This document shows, in pieces, positions 13,805 through 15,809 of a stretch of DNA of 15,809 nucleotides. Origin of the DNA: Bacteriovoracia bacterium (GTDB lineage: Bacteria > Bdellovibrionota > Bacteriovoracia > Bacteriovoracales > Bacteriovoracaceae). The DNA lies in contig JBKHVI010000057.1 of NCBI GenBank assembly GCA_046570105.1, positions 1-15,809 on the forward strand, read 5' to 3'. The number at the start of each line of letters is the position of its first letter. Position 1 is the stretch's first letter. A program made the translations under genes and the position numbers. Below the pieces are notes generated by a model. That model had not been told where the DNA came from. It saw nothing but the letters and a program-made list of their open reading frames with translations, and ran no database searches.

Positions 13805-15556
13805 ATGACAAAAACCATGATTTTAGGCAAAGACGCGGCCCTTGAGGATTCGATTACGCGAATGCGCAAACTGCTCGCCGATATCGGCTTTGACGTGGAA
13901 GAGGCCTCATGGCTCAATCCGGTTCCGCATGTGTGGTCATTGCATCTGCGCGATAAGTACTGCCCGATGCTTTTTACTAACGGCAAGGGCGCATCGAAAC
14001 TGGCGTGTGAGGCCTCAGCGATTGGTGAATTTTTTGAACGTCTGAATTGTAATTATTTTTTCGCCGATTTTTATTTGGGCGAAAAAATCGCCAATGCTGA
14101 GTTTGTCCATTACCCACAAGAAAAATGGTTCAAGCTCGAGGGTGATAAGTGGCCCAAGGGTTTGCTCGATGAGCGCTTACTTAAAGAATACAATCCGACT
14201 GGTGAGTTAAAACCCTCGATGTTGATTGATACGCAATCAGGAAACAAAGAGCGTGGTATCTGTGCTCTTCCGTTTAAGCGGCAGCGTGATGGTGAAACGG
14301 TATATATTCCGATGAATATCGTGGGGAACCTCTACGTATCAAACGGCATGTCAGCGGGTAACACGCCGACAGAAGCGCGCGTCCAATCACTGTCTGAGAT
14401 TTTTGAGCGCTCGATTAAAAATCGCATTATCGCCGAAGGTCTCTCGCTGCCGGATGTACCAGCAGCAGTGATCGCTCAGTATCCTCGCATTCAAGAAGCG
14501 ATTAATAAACTGGAAGCTCACGGTTATCCGATCCTGGTTAAGGACGCTTCTTTGGGTGGTAAATACCCAGTGATGAATGTGACACTATTGAATCCAAAAG
14601 AAGGGACTGCGTTTTGTAGCTACGGAGGCCATCCGAAATTTGAAGTGGCACTTGAGCGCACACTCACTGAACTTCTCCAAGGCCGCTCTCTCGATAAACT
14701 GGATGTCTTCTCTCCTCCGACTTTTGATCAAGATGCGGTTAAAGACAATCTCAATCTCGAAGCGCATTTCATCGACTCAAATGGTTTAGTGTCGTGGGAC
14801 TTCTTTAAGAAGTCGGCTGACTTTGAATTTGTTCACTGGAACTTTAAAGGTGAAACCACCGAAGAAGAGTATCAGGGACTTCTGAAAATCTTCCATGAGA
14901 TGAACAAAGACGTCTACGTCGCTGACTATGAGCACTTAGGTGTCTATGGTTGTCGCATTTTGGTACCTGGCATGTCGGAGATCTATCAAGCGGAAGATCT
15001 CGTTTGGGAAAATAATAACTCGGGCGCTGAGCTTCGTGCGCCGATTCTAAATCTTCATCGCTTACCATCTGATGAACTCCACTCTCTTTATAGCACTATC
15101 GATGAGCGCGGTTATGACGACATGATGCTCGTGACTCATGCTTTAGGTATTGTCGGCGATGCCGGCTCTGCTTGGGCCGAATTACGTTTTGGTGAACTCA
15201 AAGCGATGATCGCACTTGCGCTTGGTGAATTTGAAAATGCCAAAACGCACACCGAGTGGCTCTTGCACTTTGCTCCACTTTCTACTGAGCGTCGTCGCTG
15301 GTATTTGAGTCTTGATACTCTCTTGCAATTTAAAATTGATGATTCCAGAGATGTGAATGAATTCCTGAGCAATTTTGAGCGCCTCTATGGACCTGAGATG
15401 GTGCAAGCTGCTACTCAGACAATTGAGGGTAAAATGAAGTTTAGTGGACTCTTACCCACATCAATGCAACTTGAGGGCTTTACCATGCACCAAAAACTGC
15501 TAGTCTCTTATGAGAAATTGCAGAAAGCGAAAGCTCTTTGGTGGGCAAAAAAGTAG
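13805..15556 (+). CDS. ycaO: YcaO-family protein (E. coli YcaO type, annotated as S12 methylthiotransferase accessory factor)
   Basis: GKDAALEDSI, WLNPVP, FTNGKG, SNGMSAGN, EIFER, ERTLTELLQGR. C-terminus YEKLQKAKALWWAKK. AGGA Shine-Dalgarno before ATG 13805. Confidence 0.95.
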   Translation: MTKTMILGKDAALEDSITRMRKLLADIGFDVEEASWLNPVPHVWSLHLRDKYCPMLFTNGKGASKLACEASAIGEFFERLNCNYFFADFYLGEKIANAEFVHYPQEKWFKLEGDKWPKGLLDERLLKEYNPTGELKPSMLIDTQSGNKERGICALPFKRQRDGETVYIPMNIVGNLYVSNGMSAGNTPTEARVQSLSEIFERSIKNRIIAEGLSLPDVPAAVIAQYPRIQEAINKLEAHGYPILVKDASLGGKYPVMNVTLLNPKEGTAFCSYGGHPKFEVALERTLTELLQGRSLDKLDVFSPPTFDQDAVKDNLNLEAHFIDSNGLVSWDFFKKSADFEFVHWNFKGETTEEEYQGLLKIFHEMNKDVYVADYEHLGVYGCRILVPGMSEIYQAEDLVWENNNSGAELRAPILNLHRLPSDELHSLYSTIDERGYDDMMLVTHALGIVGDAGSAWAELRFGELKAMIALALGEFENAKTHTEWLLHFAPLSTERRRWYLSLDTLLQFKIDDSRDVNEFLSNFERLYGPEMVQAATQTIEGKMKFSGLLPTSMQLEGFTMHQKLLVSYEKLQKAKALWWAKK

Positions 15557-15561
15557 AAACG

Positions 15562-15809
15562 ATGTTGTTAGATAAAACCTTCAGTCGTGAATTCGATGCC
15601 AGTGGCACGCAATTGCGCGTGGGTTTTATTCGACCAGAAGCTCGCCATAAAATTTCCGCGGGCATTGCCCTCATGTCACGGGAAACTATTCGCCACCGCT
15701 TTTTCGGTATTAAAAATGGCTTCACTGATCGAGAACTGAAATACCTCACTGAGATTGATGGTATTAATCACTTCGCATTAGGGGTTGAAGAAGTTCACGC
15801 CCCTGAGCG
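15562..15809 (+). CDS. Probable GNAT-family acetyltransferase (3'-truncated)
   Basis: Not in the ORF track. My translation, MLLDKTFSREFDASGTQLRVGFIRPEARHKISAGIALMSRETIRHRFFGIKNGFTDRELKYLTEIDGINHFALGVEEV..., matches the S.E....RFF...L.YLT.ID...H.AL pattern of GNAT domains. Starts 5 nt after ycaO. Confidence 0.8.
   Translation, partial: MLLDKTFSREFDASGTQLRVGFIRPEARHKISAGIALMSRETIRHRFFGIKNGFTDRELKYLTEIDGINHFALGVEEVHAPE

Noticed and set aside
13805..15556. ycaO as part of a RiPP (azole/thioamide) cluster
   Set aside because: No precursor, dehydrogenase, TfuA or E1-like partner is in view, and the sequence is the stand-alone E. coli type.
13792..15749. Short ORFs overlapping ycaO, and the 15480-15749 minus-strand ORF
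   Set aside because: They are shadows of ycaO and of the plus-strand GNAT gene starting at 15562.

Overview
This is a bacterial chromosomal window of moderate GC. The gene content would fit a Bdellovibrionota or deltaproteobacteria-like host, but that is inference only. Left to right it carries: the end of a riboflavin operon (5'-truncated ribBA, then ribH); a stand-alone rpsD lacking the zinc-binding cysteines, behind a ~160-nt highly structured leader; an AT-rich toxin-first RelE/HigB-HTH toxin-antitoxin pair with a perfect 20-bp operator; a 12-gene minus-strand cytochrome c oxidase operon (ctaB, coxII, coxI, coxIII, SCO, coxIV, small membrane protein, di-heme cytochrome c lipoprotein, second SCO, stand-alone HisKA-like protein, Fur-family regulator, His-rich YHS-like lipoprotein); a divergent unit (DUF420, second coxIII, tiny CPNCH protein); a hypothetical gene; a Gly-rich RRM protein; ycaO; and a partial GNAT gene. 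The three most notable observations are: (1) an unannotated 167-bp element bounded by perfect 19-bp inverted repeats with nested hairpins, between the RRM gene and ycaO; (2) an A1-type oxidase with an intact D-channel whose K-channel Lys is Phe and whose subunit II entry Glu appears to be His; (3) a multibranch rpsD leader with an anti-Shine-Dalgarno switch.
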